Origin: Escherichia coli
GTDB taxonomy: Bacteria > Pseudomonadota > Gammaproteobacteria > Enterobacterales > Enterobacteriaceae
DNA: 64,000 nt
Assembly (NCBI RefSeq): GCF_001677475.2
Contig: NZ_CP015229.1
Strand: one strand, 5' to 3'
Positions 24,358 through 37,183 of this stretch are shown in pieces. A model generated the notes under the pieces. The model was not told the DNA's origin. It searched no databases and saw only the letters and a program-made list of their open reading frames with translations. The translations under genes and the position numbers were made by a program. Each line of letters opens with the position of its first letter. The stretch's first letter is position 1.

Positions 24358-24374
24358 TATTTACTCCTGTATTC

Positions 24375-24431
<57 letters not shown>

Positions 24432-24432
24432 T

Positions 24433-24478
<46 letters not shown>

Positions 24479-24479
24479 T

Positions 24480-25937
<1,458 letters not shown>

Positions 25938-26588
25938 TCAGAAAATGCGCTCCTGATGCACCCATACCGCTGCTTCCACGCGAGACTTGAGCTTCATTTT
26001 CTTCAGCATGTGCTTGACGTGCACTTTTACTGTGCTTTCGGTGATGTCCAGGCGGCGGGCAATCATCTTGTTCGGCAAACCCTGGGCAATCAGCTTGAGA
26101 ATATCGCGCTCGCGTGGGGTTAACTGGTTAACATCGCGTTCAGTAGTGGCACGGTTAGCGCGCAAGCTGGCGGCCAGAACAGGCGTTAATGCTTCGCTTA
26201 ATACCATTTCGCCAGCAGCTGCCTGATGTAACGCTTTCAGCAGATCTTCCGGTTCCATATCTTTTAACAGATAGCCATCCGCGCCGCGTTTCAGTGCGGT
26301 GACCACATCTTCTTCATGGTTAGAAACGCTGAATACCACAATGCGCCCGGAGAGGGACTTTTCGCGCAGTTTATCCAGCGTTTCCAGACCGTTCATGCCG
26401 GGCATATTGAGATCTAACAGGATCAGATCGGGATCAAGAGATTCCGCCAGTTCAATACCCTGTTCGCCATTACTCGCTTCGCCAACCACGGTGATATCTG
26501 GTGCCATACTGATAAGCTGTTTTACGCCAGTTCGCAGCATCGGGTGATCGTCGATCAGCAGGATAGTAGCCGGTTCCTGATTACTCAT
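25938..26588 (-). CDS. narL: nitrate/nitrite response regulator NarL
   Basis: ORF 25938..26702; start trimmed to [19 protein letters not shown]..., 216 aa; REC + LuxR HTH; AAGGAG RBS. Confidence 0.95.
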
Positions 26589-28377
26589 GGGTATCTCCTT
26601 GGACGTCTGTGAAAGTTTTTTCGGGAATAAAGGTGACCACCACTTCGGTGCCACCTGATTCACGACGGCGGACGCGGCAATCGCCTCGTAAACTTTGCGC
26701 ACGGTCGCGCATTATTATCATGCCGTAGTGATTGCTGCGGATGGCATTTTCAGGCACGCCGCAGCCGTTATCCTGGACGGTCAGTTTGACCTGATTATCG
26801 TTTTGCGCCACCGTCACCACGACCTCACTCGCTTGCGAATGCTTGAGGGCGTTACTTAATGCCTCACGGGCAATTTGCAACAAGTGGATTGCCTGATGCG
26901 AAGGCACCAGACGAGGCGGCAATTGATAATCCAGCTTCACCGGGAAGCCAAATTTGGCGCTGTACTCTTCGCAACTCGCCTCCAGCGCCGGACGTAATCC
27001 AGGCTCGGTGAGCTGCAAACGGAATGTGGTGAGCAATTCACGCAACTGCGCCCAGGATGCATTCAGTTCGTTACGGATCTGACTTAACAGTTCGCGGCTG
27101 CTTTCTGGCAGCGCATCGCCCTGCATCTGTAAACAACTCACCTGCATCTTCATGCAAGAGAGAGATTGGGCAATAGAATCATGCAGTTCGCGCGCAATGG
27201 TGGCACGCTCTTCCATCACGATCAACTGTTGCTGACGTTCCTGATGGCGATCCAACGCCAGCGTGGCGGTGAGTTGTTCAACCAGGGTATCCACCAGTTG
27301 TTGTTGATCATGGCTAAGATGACGCCCCTGCGGCAGGGTCGCCAGCAAAATACCGTACTGCGTATGAGAGTCAGCCAGCCGCCACTTCAGGGTCGTGCCG
27401 CGATCACCAACGGGTAATACGCCGCGCGGGCAGAGCTGGCAGCCTTTATCATCACAAGTCATATCTGGCTGGCAGGTAAACTCCTGATGATTCTCTTCAT
27501 CATCAGTGTCATACACCCGCAGTTCGATATCACGTAGGAGGGTTAAATTCTGTAAGCCGTTGAGTACAGGTGACAGGCGTTCACACAGCGGGGCGCGGGA
27601 ATGCAAACGGCGGTTAGCCTGCCATAAAAAAGAGAGGATCTGATTTTTATGCTCCAGCCCGGCCGTTTTCTCCTGAACCCGCTGCTCAAGTACGGCATAA
27701 CTTTCGGCCAGTTCTGCAGACATATTGTTCAACGCAGTTCCAAGCATCGCCATTTCGTTGCGCCCGCTGATGTTCGCGCGTTGGGTAAAATCGCGATGGC
27801 TGACGGCACTCGCCATTACCAGCAGTTGCCGCCACGGTTGTAGCAGTCGCGCCCGCAACCAGATAATAGTGAACACCAGTAAAAGTGCCATAAATACCGC
27901 CATTACCCGATGGACCAGTACCACTGTCTCAATACGCATTTCCGTGGTGCGGTCAAAACCAGATACCAGCTGATCAAGCCCGGCAACAAACTGGCTGACA
28001 TCCGCTGACACCGTTTCGCGGTTTTGTGCACGCATTAGTGCAGGGATCAGTTCATTACGCCAGTAATCTTGTAAACCCTGTAATTGCGCCAGTTGTCCGT
28101 CTCGTTCTGCTGCTCGGGTTAACTCGGCGCTAAATGCTGTTTGTTCCATCTCTTTAATTAAGGGCTTGTCTTTCTCGCTTAATGGCACTGCTGCCAACAG
28201 ACGGTAACTTTGCATGCGCAGCGATCCCGCTTTGTTGATCGCATGGGCGCTGCCCTGAACGCCTTGCACCAGCCAGCCAGAAACCGCCATCCCTGCTAGT
28301 CCAATAGCAGTAGAAAGCAACACAATAAGCGCAACCTGATTAACCAGGGTGAGCGGAGAGAGACAACGTTTAAGCAT
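26581..28377 (-). CDS. narX: nitrate/nitrite sensor histidine kinase NarX
   Basis: 598 aa; two TM, HAMP, HisKA_3 (ELHDSIAQ), HATPase; overlaps narL by 8 nt. Confidence 0.95.
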
Positions 28378-28642
28378 GCAAACCTCTTCCTTCAGGCTTT
28401 AAATGAGCAATAACCTTAATGAATGTGACGATACATTCTGGAATGGCAGTATTCTCGGCTATTGGCTGAAGTATACCCATACCCGGAAAGAGTTACTCCT
28501 TATTTGCCGTGTGGTTAGTCGCTTTACATCGGTAAGGGTAGGGATTTTACAGCACCGTGAAAAATCTCATAATTTTTATGAAATCACTGTACTCACTATG
28601 GGTAATGATAAATATCAATGATAGATAAAGTTATCTTATCGT

Positions 28643-28656
28643 TTGATTTACATCAA
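28643..28656 (+). promoter_or_regulatory. FNR box TTGAT-TTAC-ATCAA in narK promoter
   Basis: Perfect match to TTGAT-N4-ATCAA, about 60 nt upstream of narK start. Confidence 0.65.
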
Positions 28657-28715
28657 ATTGCCTTTAGCTACAGACACTAAGGTGGCAGACATCGAAACGA
28701 GTATCAGAGGTGTCT

Positions 28716-30107
28716 ATGAGTCACTCATCTGCCCCCGAAAGGGCTACTGGAGCTGTCATTACAGATTGGCGACCGGAAGATCCTGCGTTCTGGCAACAAC
28801 GCGGTCAACGTATTGCCAGCCGCAACCTGTGGATTTCCGTTCCCTGTCTGCTGCTGGCGTTTTGCGTATGGATGTTGTTCAGCGCTGTTGCGGTGAACTT
28901 ACCGAAAGTCGGTTTTAATTTTACGACCGATCAGCTATTTATGTTGACTGCGCTGCCTTCGGTTTCTGGCGCGTTATTACGTGTTCCATACTCCTTTATG
29001 GTTCCTATCTTCGGTGGTCGTCGCTGGACGGCGTTCAGCACCGGTATTCTGATTATTCCTTGCGTCTGGCTGGGTTTTGCCGTGCAGGATACCTCCACGC
29101 CTTATAGCGTCTTCATCATCATCTCTCTGCTGTGCGGCTTTGCTGGCGCGAACTTCGCCTCCAGTATGGCAAACATCAGCTTCTTCTTTCCGAAACAGAA
29201 GCAGGGTGGCGCTCTGGGCCTGAATGGTGGTCTGGGCAACATGGGCGTCAGCGTCATGCAGTTGGTTGCTCCGCTGGTGGTATCACTGTCGATTTTCGCA
29301 GTATTTGGTAGCCAGGGCGTCAAACAGCCGGATGGGAGTGAGCTGTATCTGGCGAATGCGTCCTGGGTATGGGTGCCGTTCCTTGCCATCTTCACCATTG
29401 CGGCGTGGTTTGGCATGAACGATCTTGCTACCTCGAAAGCCTCCATCAAGGAGCAGTTGCCGGTACTCAAACGGGGTCATCTGTGGATTATGAGCCTGCT
29501 GTATCTGGCAACCTTCGGTTCCTTCATCGGCTTCTCCGCAGGCTTTGCGATGCTGTCAAAAACGCAGTTCCCGGATGTTCAGATTCTGCAATACGCTTTC
29601 TTCGGGCCGTTTATTGGTGCGCTGGCGCGTTCTGCAGGTGGTGCATTATCTGACCGTCTTGGCGGAACTCGTGTCACGCTGGTGAACTTTATTCTGATGG
29701 CAATTTTCAGCGGCCTGCTGTTCCTGACCTTACCGACTGACGGGCAGGGCGGAAGCTTCATGGCGTTCTTCGCGGTCTTCCTGGCGCTGTTCCTGACAGC
29801 TGGGCTGGGTAGTGGTTCCACTTTCCAGATGATTTCCGTGATCTTCCGTAAACTGACAATGGATCGCGTGAAAGCAGAAGGGGGTTCTGACGAACGTGCG
29901 ATGCGTGAAGCGGCAACCGACACGGCGGCGGCGCTGGGTTTCATCTCTGCGATTGGCGCGATTGGTGGCTTCTTTATCCCGAAAGCGTTCGGTAGCTCGC
30001 TGGCATTAACGGGTTCGCCAGTCGGCGCAATGAAAGTATTTTTGATTTTTTATATCGCCTGCGTAGTGATTACCTGGGCGGTATATGGTCGGCATTCTAA
30101 AAAATAA
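28716..30107 (+). CDS. narK: nitrate/nitrite antiporter NarK (MFS)
   Basis: ORF 28710..30107; ATG at 28716 gives MSHSSAPERATGAVITDWRPEDPAFW..., 463 aa. Confidence 0.95.
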   Translation: MSHSSAPERATGAVITDWRPEDPAFWQQRGQRIASRNLWISVPCLLLAFCVWMLFSAVAVNLPKVGFNFTTDQLFMLTALPSVSGALLRVPYSFMVPIFGGRRWTAFSTGILIIPCVWLGFAVQDTSTPYSVFIIISLLCGFAGANFASSMANISFFFPKQKQGGALGLNGGLGNMGVSVMQLVAPLVVSLSIFAVFGSQGVKQPDGSELYLANASWVWVPFLAIFTIAAWFGMNDLATSKASIKEQLPVLKRGHLWIMSLLYLATFGSFIGFSAGFAMLSKTQFPDVQILQYAFFGPFIGALARSAGGALSDRLGGTRVTLVNFILMAIFSGLLFLTLPTDGQGGSFMAFFAVFLALFLTAGLGSGSTFQMISVIFRKLTMDRVKAEGGSDERAMREAATDTAAALGFISAIGAIGGFFIPKAFGSSLALTGSPVGAMKVFLIFYIACVVITWAVYGRHSKK

Positions 30108-30130
30108 ATCTTAATATTTGATTATCCTTT

Positions 30131-30157
30131 GCGCGGCATGATGTCGCGCTTTTTTTA
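30131..30157 (+). terminator. rho-independent terminator after narK (GCGCG stem + TTTTTTT)
   Basis: Hairpin and U-run 25-50 nt after narK stop. Confidence 0.75.
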
Positions 30158-30231
30158 TACGTCATTTAGTTACAACATACTAATGTTATATGGTTTATTT
30201 CGCCGGATTTCATTAAGAGCCATTAATATGT

Positions 30232-30261
30232 TACCCATGGGGAATACTCCTTAATACCCAT
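30232..30261 (+). promoter_or_regulatory. cluster of NarL heptamers (TACCCAT, TACTCCT, TACCCAT) upstream of narG
   Basis: Three TACYYMT-like heptamers about 240-270 nt upstream of narG start. Confidence 0.5.
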
Positions 30262-30394
30262 CTGCATAAAAATCTTAATAGTTTAAATAACTACAAGTAT
30301 AAAACGTCTTAATTTACAGTCTGTTATGTTGTGGCTGTTAATTATCCTAAAGGGGTACCTTAGGAATTTACTTTATTTTTCATCCCCATCACTC

Positions 30395-30408
30395 TTGATC
30401 GTTATCAA
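30395..30408 (+). promoter_or_regulatory. FNR box TTGAT-CGTT-ATCAA of narG promoter
   Basis: Perfect FNR consensus about 95 nt upstream of narG ATG. Confidence 0.7.
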
Positions 30409-30499
30409 TTCCCACGCTGTTTCAGAGCGTTACCTTGCCCTTAAACATTAGCAATGTCGATTTATCAGAGGGCCGACAGGCTCCCACAGGAGAAAACCG

Positions 30500-33400
30500 A
30501 TGAGTAAATTCCTGGACCGGTTTCGCTACTTCAAACAGAAGGGTGAAACCTTTGCCGATGGGCATGGCCAGCTTCTCAATACCAACCGTGACTGGGAGGA
30601 TGGATATCGCCAGCGTTGGCAGCATGACAAAATCGTCCGCTCTACCCACGGGGTAAACTGCACCGGCTCCTGCAGCTGGAAAATCTACGTCAAAAACGGT
30701 CTGGTCACCTGGGAAACCCAGCAGACTGACTATCCGCGTACTCGCCCGGACCTGCCAAACCATGAACCTCGCGGCTGCCCGCGCGGTGCCAGCTACTCCT
30801 GGTATCTTTACAGTGCCAACCGCCTGAAATACCCGATGATGCGCAAACGCCTGATGAAAATGTGGCGTGAAGCGAAGGCGCTGCATAGCGATCCGGTTGA
30901 GGCATGGGCTTCTATCATTGAAGACGCCGATAAAGCGAAAAGCTTTAAGCAGGCGCGTGGACGCGGTGGTTTTGTTCGTTCTTCCTGGCAGGAAGTGAAC
31001 GAACTGATCGCCGCATCTAACGTTTACACCATCAAAAACTACGGCCCGGACCGTGTCGCTGGTTTCTCGCCAATTCCGGCAATGTCGATGGTTTCTTACG
31101 CATCGGGTGCGCGCTATCTCTCGCTGATTGGCGGTACTTGCTTAAGCTTCTACGACTGGTACTGCGACCTGCCTCCTGCGTCTCCGCAAACCTGGGGCGA
31201 GCAAACTGACGTACCGGAATCCGCTGACTGGTACAACTCCAGCTACATCATCGCCTGGGGTTCAAACGTGCCGCAGACGCGTACCCCGGATGCTCACTTC
31301 TTTACTGAAGTGCGTTACAAAGGCACCAAAACTGTTGCCGTCACACCAGACTACGCTGAAATCGCCAAACTGTGCGATCTGTGGCTGGCACCGAAACAGG
31401 GCACCGATGCGGCAATGGCGCTGGCGATGGGCCACGTAATGCTGCGTGAATTCCACCTCGACAACCCAAGCCAGTATTTCACCGACTATGTTCGTCGCTA
31501 CACCGACATGCCGATGCTGGTGATGCTGGAAGAGCGCGACGGTTACTACGCCGCGGGTCGTATGCTGCGCGCTGCCGATCTGGTGGATGCGCTGGGCCAG
31601 GAAAACAATCCGGAATGGAAAACTGTCGCCTTTAATACCAATGGCGAAATGGTTGCGCCGAACGGTTCTATTGGCTTCCGCTGGGGCGAGAAGGGCAAAT
31701 GGAATCTTGAGCAGCGCGATGGCAAAACTGGCGAAGAAACCGAGCTGCAACTGAGCCTGCTGGGTAGCCAGGATGAGATTGCTGAGGTGGGCTTCCCGTA
31801 CTTTGGTGGCGACGGTACTGAACACTTCAACAAAGTGGAACTGGAAAACGTGCTGCTGCACAAGCTGCCGGTGAAACGCCTGCAACTGGCTGATGGCAGC
31901 ACCGCACTGGTGACCACCGTTTATGATCTGACGCTGGCAAACTACGGTCTGGAACGTGGCCTGAACGACGTTAACTGTGCAACCAGCTATGACGATGTGA
32001 AAGCTTACACCCCAGCCTGGGCTGAGCAGATCACCGGCGTTTCTCGCAGCCAGATTATTCGCATCGCCCGTGAATTTGCCGATAACGCTGATAAAACGCA
32101 CGGTCGTTCGATGATTATCGTCGGTGCGGGGCTGAACCACTGGTATCACCTGGACATGAACTATCGCGGTCTGATCAACATGCTGATTTTCTGCGGCTGT
32201 GTCGGTCAGAGCGGGGGCGGCTGGGCGCACTATGTAGGTCAGGAAAAACTGCGTCCGCAAACCGGCTGGCAGCCACTGGCGTTTGCCCTTGACTGGCAGC
32301 GTCCGGCGCGTCACATGAACAGCACTTCTTATTTCTATAACCACTCCAGCCAGTGGCGTTATGAAACCGTGACTGCGGAAGAACTGCTGTCGCCGATGGC
32401 GGATAAATCCCGTTATACCGGACACCTGATCGACTTTAACGTCCGTGCAGAACGCATGGGCTGGCTGCCGTCTGCACCGCAGTTAGGCACTAACCCGCTG
32501 ACTATTGCTGGCGAAGCAGAAAAAGCGGGCATGAATCCGGTGGACTATACGGTGAAATCCCTGAAAGAGGGTTCAATCCGTTTTGCTGCGGAACAGCCGG
32601 AAAACGGCAAAAACCATCCGCGTAACCTGTTTATCTGGCGTTCTAACCTGCTGGGCTCTTCCGGTAAAGGTCATGAGTTTATGCTCAAGTACCTGCTGGG
32701 GACGGAACACGGTATCCAGGGTAAAGATCTGGGGCAGCAGGGCGGCGTGAAGCCGGAAGAAGTGGACTGGCAGGACAATGGTCTGGAAGGCAAGCTGGAT
32801 CTGGTGGTGACGCTGGACTTCCGTCTGTCGAGCACCTGTCTCTACTCCGACATCATTTTGCCGACGGCGACCTGGTACGAAAAAGACGACATGAATACTT
32901 CGGATATGCATCCGTTTATTCACCCGCTGTCTGCGGCGGTCGATCCGGCCTGGGAAGCGAAAAGCGACTGGGAAATCTACAAAGCTATCGCGAAGAAATT
33001 CTCCGAAGTGTGCGTTGGTCATCTGGGTAAAGAAACCGACATCGTTACGCTGCCAATTCAGCACGACTCCGCCGCTGAACTGGCGCAGCCGCTGGATGTG
33101 AAAGACTGGAAAAAAGGCGAATGCGATCTGATCCCAGGTAAAACCGCACCGCATATTATGGTGGTTGAGCGTGATTATCCGGCCACTTACGAACGCTTTA
33201 CCTCAATCGGCCCGCTGATGGAGAAAATCGGCAACGGCGGTAAAGGGATTGCCTGGAACACCCAGAGCGAAATGGATCTGCTGCGTAAGCTCAACTACAC
33301 CAAGGCTGAAGGTCCAGCGAAAGGCCAGCCGATGCTCAACACCGCAATTGATGCGGCAGAGATGATCCTGACGCTGGCACCGGAAACCAATGGTCAGGTA

Positions 33401-34243
33401 GCTGTAAAAGCCTGGGCTGCCCTGAGCGAGTTTACCGGCCGTGACCATACGCATCTGGCGCTGAATAAAGAAGACGAGAAGATTCGCTTCCGCGATATTC
33501 AGGCACAGCCGCGCAAAATTATCTCCAGCCCGACCTGGTCTGGTCTGGAAGATGAACACGTTTCTTACAACGCCGGTTACACCAACGTTCACGAGCTGAT
33601 CCCGTGGCGTACGCTCTCTGGTCGTCAGCAGCTGTATCAGGATCATCAGTGGATGCGTGATTTCGGTGAAAGCCTGCTGGTTTATCGTCCGCCGATCGAT
33701 ACCCGTTCGGTGAAAGAAGTGATGGGCCAGAAATCCAACGGTAACCCGGAAAAAGCCCTGAACTTCCTGACGCCACACCAGAAGTGGGGTATCCACTCCA
33801 CTTACAGCGACAACCTGCTGATGCTGACTTTAGGTCGCGGTGGGCCTGTGGTCTGGCTGAGCGAAGCCGATGCTAAAGATTTGGGTATTGCCGACAACGA
33901 CTGGATTGAAGTCTTCAACAGCAACGGTGCGTTGACTGCCCGTGCGGTTGTCAGCCAGCGTGTTCCGGCAGGGATGACCATGATGTACCACGCGCAGGAA
34001 CGTATCGTTAACCTGCCTGGTTCGGAAATCACGCAGCAGCGTGGGGGGATTCATAACTCGGTCACCCGTATCACGCCGAAACCGACGCATATGATCGGTG
34101 GCTATGCCCATCTGGCATACGGCTTTAACTACTACGGCACCGTAGGTTCTAACCGCGATGAGTTTGTTGTGGTGCGTAAGATGAAGAACATTGACTGGTT
34201 AGATGGCGAAGGCAATGACCAGGTACAGGAGAGCGTAAAATGA
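30500..34243 (+). CDS. narG: respiratory nitrate reductase A, alpha subunit
   Basis: 1247 aa, MSKFLDRFRYFKQKGETFADGHGQ..., molybdopterin oxidoreductase. Confidence 0.97.
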   Translation: MSKFLDRFRYFKQKGETFADGHGQLLNTNRDWEDGYRQRWQHDKIVRSTHGVNCTGSCSWKIYVKNGLVTWETQQTDYPRTRPDLPNHEPRGCPRGASYSWYLYSANRLKYPMMRKRLMKMWREAKALHSDPVEAWASIIEDADKAKSFKQARGRGGFVRSSWQEVNELIAASNVYTIKNYGPDRVAGFSPIPAMSMVSYASGARYLSLIGGTCLSFYDWYCDLPPASPQTWGEQTDVPESADWYNSSYIIAWGSNVPQTRTPDAHFFTEVRYKGTKTVAVTPDYAEIAKLCDLWLAPKQGTDAAMALAMGHVMLREFHLDNPSQYFTDYVRRYTDMPMLVMLEERDGYYAAGRMLRAADLVDALGQENNPEWKTVAFNTNGEMVAPNGSIGFRWGEKGKWNLEQRDGKTGEETELQLSLLGSQDEIAEVGFPYFGGDGTEHFNKVELENVLLHKLPVKRLQLADGSTALVTTVYDLTLANYGLERGLNDVNCATSYDDVKAYTPAWAEQITGVSRSQIIRIAREFADNADKTHGRSMIIVGAGLNHWYHLDMNYRGLINMLIFCGCVGQSGGGWAHYVGQEKLRPQTGWQPLAFALDWQRPARHMNSTSYFYNHSSQWRYETVTAEELLSPMADKSRYTGHLIDFNVRAERMGWLPSAPQLGTNPLTIAGEAEKAGMNPVDYTVKSLKEGSIRFAAEQPENGKNHPRNLFIWRSNLLGSSGKGHEFMLKYLLGTEHGIQGKDLGQQGGVKPEEVDWQDNGLEGKLDLVVTLDFRLSSTCLYSDIILPTATWYEKDDMNTSDMHPFIHPLSAAVDPAWEAKSDWEIYKAIAKKFSEVCVGHLGKETDIVTLPIQHDSAAELAQPLDVKDWKKGECDLIPGKTAPHIMVVERDYPATYERFTSIGPLMEKIGNGGKGIAWNTQSEMDLLRKLNYTKAEGPAKGQPMLNTAIDAAEMILTLAPETNGQVAVKAWAALSEFTGRDHTHLALNKEDEKIRFRDIQAQPRKIISSPTWSGLEDEHVSYNAGYTNVHELIPWRTLSGRQQLYQDHQWMRDFGESLLVYRPPIDTRSVKEVMGQKSNGNPEKALNFLTPHQKWGIHSTYSDNLLMLTLGRGGPVVWLSEADAKDLGIADNDWIEVFNSNGALTARAVVSQRVPAGMTMMYHAQERIVNLPGSEITQQRGGIHNSVTRITPKPTHMIGGYAHLAYGFNYYGTVGSNRDEFVVVRKMKNIDWLDGEGNDQVQESVK

Positions 34244-35778
34244 AAATTCGTTCACAAGTCGGCATGGTGCTGAATCTCGATAAGTGCATCGGCTGCCACA
34301 CCTGTTCAGTTACCTGTAAAAACGTCTGGACCAGCCGCGAAGGCGTGGAATACGCGTGGTTCAACAACGTGGAAACCAAGCCGGGCCAGGGCTTCCCTAC
34401 TGACTGGGAAAACCAGGAAAAATACAAAGGTGGTTGGATCCGTAAAATCAACGGCAAACTGCAACCGCGCATGGGTAACCGAGCCATGCTGCTGGGTAAA
34501 ATCTTCGCTAACCCGCATCTGCCGGGGATCGACGATTATTACGAGCCGTTCGATTTTGATTATCAGAACCTGCATACCGCGCCGGAAGGCAGCAAATCGC
34601 AGCCGATTGCCCGTCCGCGTTCGCTGATTACTGGCGAACGGATGGCGAAAATCGAAAAAGGGCCGAACTGGGAAGATGACCTGGGCGGCGAGTTTGACAA
34701 ACTGGCGAAAGACAAGAACTTCGACAACATCCAGAAGGCGATGTATAGCCAGTTCGAAAACACCTTCATGATGTATTTGCCGCGTCTGTGCGAACACTGC
34801 CTCAACCCGGCATGTGTGGCGACCTGTCCGAGCGGGGCTATCTACAAACGTGAAGAAGATGGCATCGTACTGATCGATCAGGATAAATGCCGTGGCTGGC
34901 GTATGTGCATCACCGGATGCCCGTACAAAAAAATCTACTTCAACTGGAAGAGCGGTAAATCTGAGAAGTGCATCTTCTGCTATCCGCGTATTGAAGCCGG
35001 TCAGCCGACGGTGTGCTCAGAAACCTGTGTGGGTCGTATCCGTTATCTTGGCGTGCTGTTGTACGATGCCGACGCTATTGAACGTGCAGCCAGCACCGAG
35101 AACGAGAAAGATCTCTACCAGCGTCAGCTGGAAGTGTTCCTCGACCCGAACGATCCGAAAGTCATCGAGCAAGCGATTAAAGACGGTATTCCGCTGAGCG
35201 TTATTGAAGCCGCACAACAGTCGCCGGTGTATAAAATGGCGATGGAATGGAAACTGGCGCTGCCGCTGCATCCGGAATATCGCACATTGCCGATGGTCTG
35301 GTACGTGCCGCCTCTGTCACCGATTCAGTCTGCGGCAGACGCGGGCGAACTGGGCAACAACGGCATTTTGCCAGACGTAGAAAGCCTGCGTATCCCGGTT
35401 CAGTACCTGGCGAATCTGCTGACCGCCGGTGATACCCAACCGGTACTGCTCGCGTTGAAACGTATGCTGGCAATGCGTCATTACAAACGAGCTGAAACCG
35501 TTGACGGTAAAGTTGATACCCGTGCGCTGGAAGAGGTCGGCCTGACCGAAGCCCAGGCACAGGAGATGTACCGTTATCTGGCAATTGCAAACTACGAAGA
35601 TCGCTTTGTGGTGCCGAGTAGCCATCGTGAACTGGCGCGGGAAGCCTTCCCGGAGAAAAATGGTTGTGGCTTTACCTTTGGTGACGGCTGCCACGGTTCA
35701 GATACCAAATTCAATCTGTTCAACAGCCGTCGTATCGATGCCATCGACGTGACCAGTAAAACGGAGCCGCATCCATGA
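34240..35778 (+). CDS. narH: respiratory nitrate reductase A, beta subunit (Fe-S)
   Basis: 512 aa with Cys clusters (CIGCHTCSVTC...); ATGA overlap with narG. Confidence 0.97.
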   Translation: MKIRSQVGMVLNLDKCIGCHTCSVTCKNVWTSREGVEYAWFNNVETKPGQGFPTDWENQEKYKGGWIRKINGKLQPRMGNRAMLLGKIFANPHLPGIDDYYEPFDFDYQNLHTAPEGSKSQPIARPRSLITGERMAKIEKGPNWEDDLGGEFDKLAKDKNFDNIQKAMYSQFENTFMMYLPRLCEHCLNPACVATCPSGAIYKREEDGIVLIDQDKCRGWRMCITGCPYKKIYFNWKSGKSEKCIFCYPRIEAGQPTVCSETCVGRIRYLGVLLYDADAIERAASTENEKDLYQRQLEVFLDPNDPKVIEQAIKDGIPLSVIEAAQQSPVYKMAMEWKLALPLHPEYRTLPMVWYVPPLSPIQSAADAGELGNNGILPDVESLRIPVQYLANLLTAGDTQPVLLALKRMLAMRHYKRAETVDGKVDTRALEEVGLTEAQAQEMYRYLAIANYEDRFVVPSSHRELAREAFPEKNGCGFTFGDGCHGSDTKFNLFNSRRIDAIDVTSKTEPHP

Positions 35779-36485
35779 TCGAACTCGTGATTGTATCGCG
35801 TCTCCTTGAATATCCGGATGCTGCCTTATGGCAGCATCAACAAGAGATGTTTGAGGCGATTGCCGCGTCGGAAAATCTGTCAAAAGAGGATGCCCATGCG
35901 CTGGGCATTTTCCTGCGCGATTTAACGGCGATGGATCCGCTCGATGCTCAGGCCCAGTACAGCGAACTGTTCGATCGTGGTCGCGCCACGTCGCTGTTGC
36001 TGTTTGAGCACGTTCACGGGGAATCCCGCGATCGCGGTCAGGCGATGGTGGACCTGCTGGCACAGTACGAGCAGCACGGTTTGCAGTTAAACAGCCGCGA
36101 ATTGCCGGACCACCTGCCGCTGTATCTGGAGTATCTGGCGCAGCTGCCGCAAAGCGAAGCCGTGGAGGGTTTGAAAGATATTGCGCCGATTCTGGCATTG
36201 CTGAGCGCGCGTCTGCAACAGCGTGAAAGCCGTTATGCCGTGCTGTTTGATCTGCTGCTGAAACTGGCCAATACCGCTATCGACAGTGACAAAGTGGCGG
36301 AAAAAATTGCCGACGAAGCGCGCGACGATACGCCGCAGGCGCTGGATGCTGTCTGGGAAGAAGAGCAGGTTAAATTCTTTGCTGACAAAGGCTGCGGTGA
36401 TTCAGCAATCACTGCTCATCAGCGTCGCTTTGCCGGTGCCGTCGCGCCGCAATATCTGAATATCACCACCGGAGGACAGCACTAA
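35775..36485 (+). CDS. narJ: nitrate reductase assembly chaperone NarJ
   Basis: 236 aa; overlaps narH stop. Confidence 0.95.
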   Translation: MIELVIVSRLLEYPDAALWQHQQEMFEAIAASENLSKEDAHALGIFLRDLTAMDPLDAQAQYSELFDRGRATSLLLFEHVHGESRDRGQAMVDLLAQYEQHGLQLNSRELPDHLPLYLEYLAQLPQSEAVEGLKDIAPILALLSARLQQRESRYAVLFDLLLKLANTAIDSDKVAEKIADEARDDTPQALDAVWEEEQVKFFADKGCGDSAITAHQRRFAGAVAPQYLNITTGGQH

Positions 36486-37162
36486 TGCAATTCCTGAATA
36501 TGTTCTTCTTTGATATCTACCCGTACATAGCCGGGGCGGTCTTCCTGATTGGTAGCTGGCTGCGTTATGACTACGGGCAGTACACCTGGCGCGCGGCGTC
36601 CAGCCAGATGCTGGATCGCAAAGGGATGAACCTGGCGTCGAACCTGTTCCATATCGGTATTCTGGGGATTTTTGTCGGTCACTTCTTCGGTATGCTGACG
36701 CCGCACTGGATGTATGAAGCCTGGCTGCCGATTGAAGTGAAACAGAAAATGGCGATGTTTGCTGGTGGTGCCAGCGGCGTGCTGTGTCTGATTGGCGGCG
36801 TGCTGTTGCTGAAACGTCGTCTGTTCAGCCCACGCGTGCGTGCAACGACTACCGGAGCGGATATCCTGATCCTGTCTCTGCTGGTTATCCAGTGCGCTCT
36901 GGGCTTGCTGACCATTCCGTTCTCCGCCCAGCATATGGACGGTAGCGAGATGATGAAACTGGTTGGCTGGGCGCAGTCGGTAGTGACCTTCCACGGTGGC
37001 GCTTCTCAACACCTTGATGGTGTGGCGTTTATCTTCCGTCTGCACCTGGTGCTGGGGATGACGTTATTCTTGCTGTTCCCGTTCTCACGTCTGGTGCACA
37101 TCTGGAGCGTACCGGTGGAGTATCTGACACGTAAGTATCAGCTGGTGCGCGCTCGTCACTAA
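36485..37162 (+). CDS. narI: respiratory nitrate reductase A, gamma subunit (cytochrome b)
   Basis: 225 aa, five TM helices; 1-nt overlap with narJ. Confidence 0.95.
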   Translation: MQFLNMFFFDIYPYIAGAVFLIGSWLRYDYGQYTWRAASSQMLDRKGMNLASNLFHIGILGIFVGHFFGMLTPHWMYEAWLPIEVKQKMAMFAGGASGVLCLIGGVLLLKRRLFSPRVRATTTGADILILSLLVIQCALGLLTIPFSAQHMDGSEMMKLVGWAQSVVTFHGGASQHLDGVAFIFRLHLVLGMTLFLLFPFSRLVHIWSVPVEYLTRKYQLVRARH

Positions 37163-37183
37163 GCGAATTTTAGTTTGCATAGA

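Noticed and set aside
31262-32425. 387-aa minus-strand ORF inside narG (and similar antisense ORFs at 32573..33154 and 33203..33796)
   Set aside because: Antisense to the highly conserved narG; no RBS and no recognisable domain.
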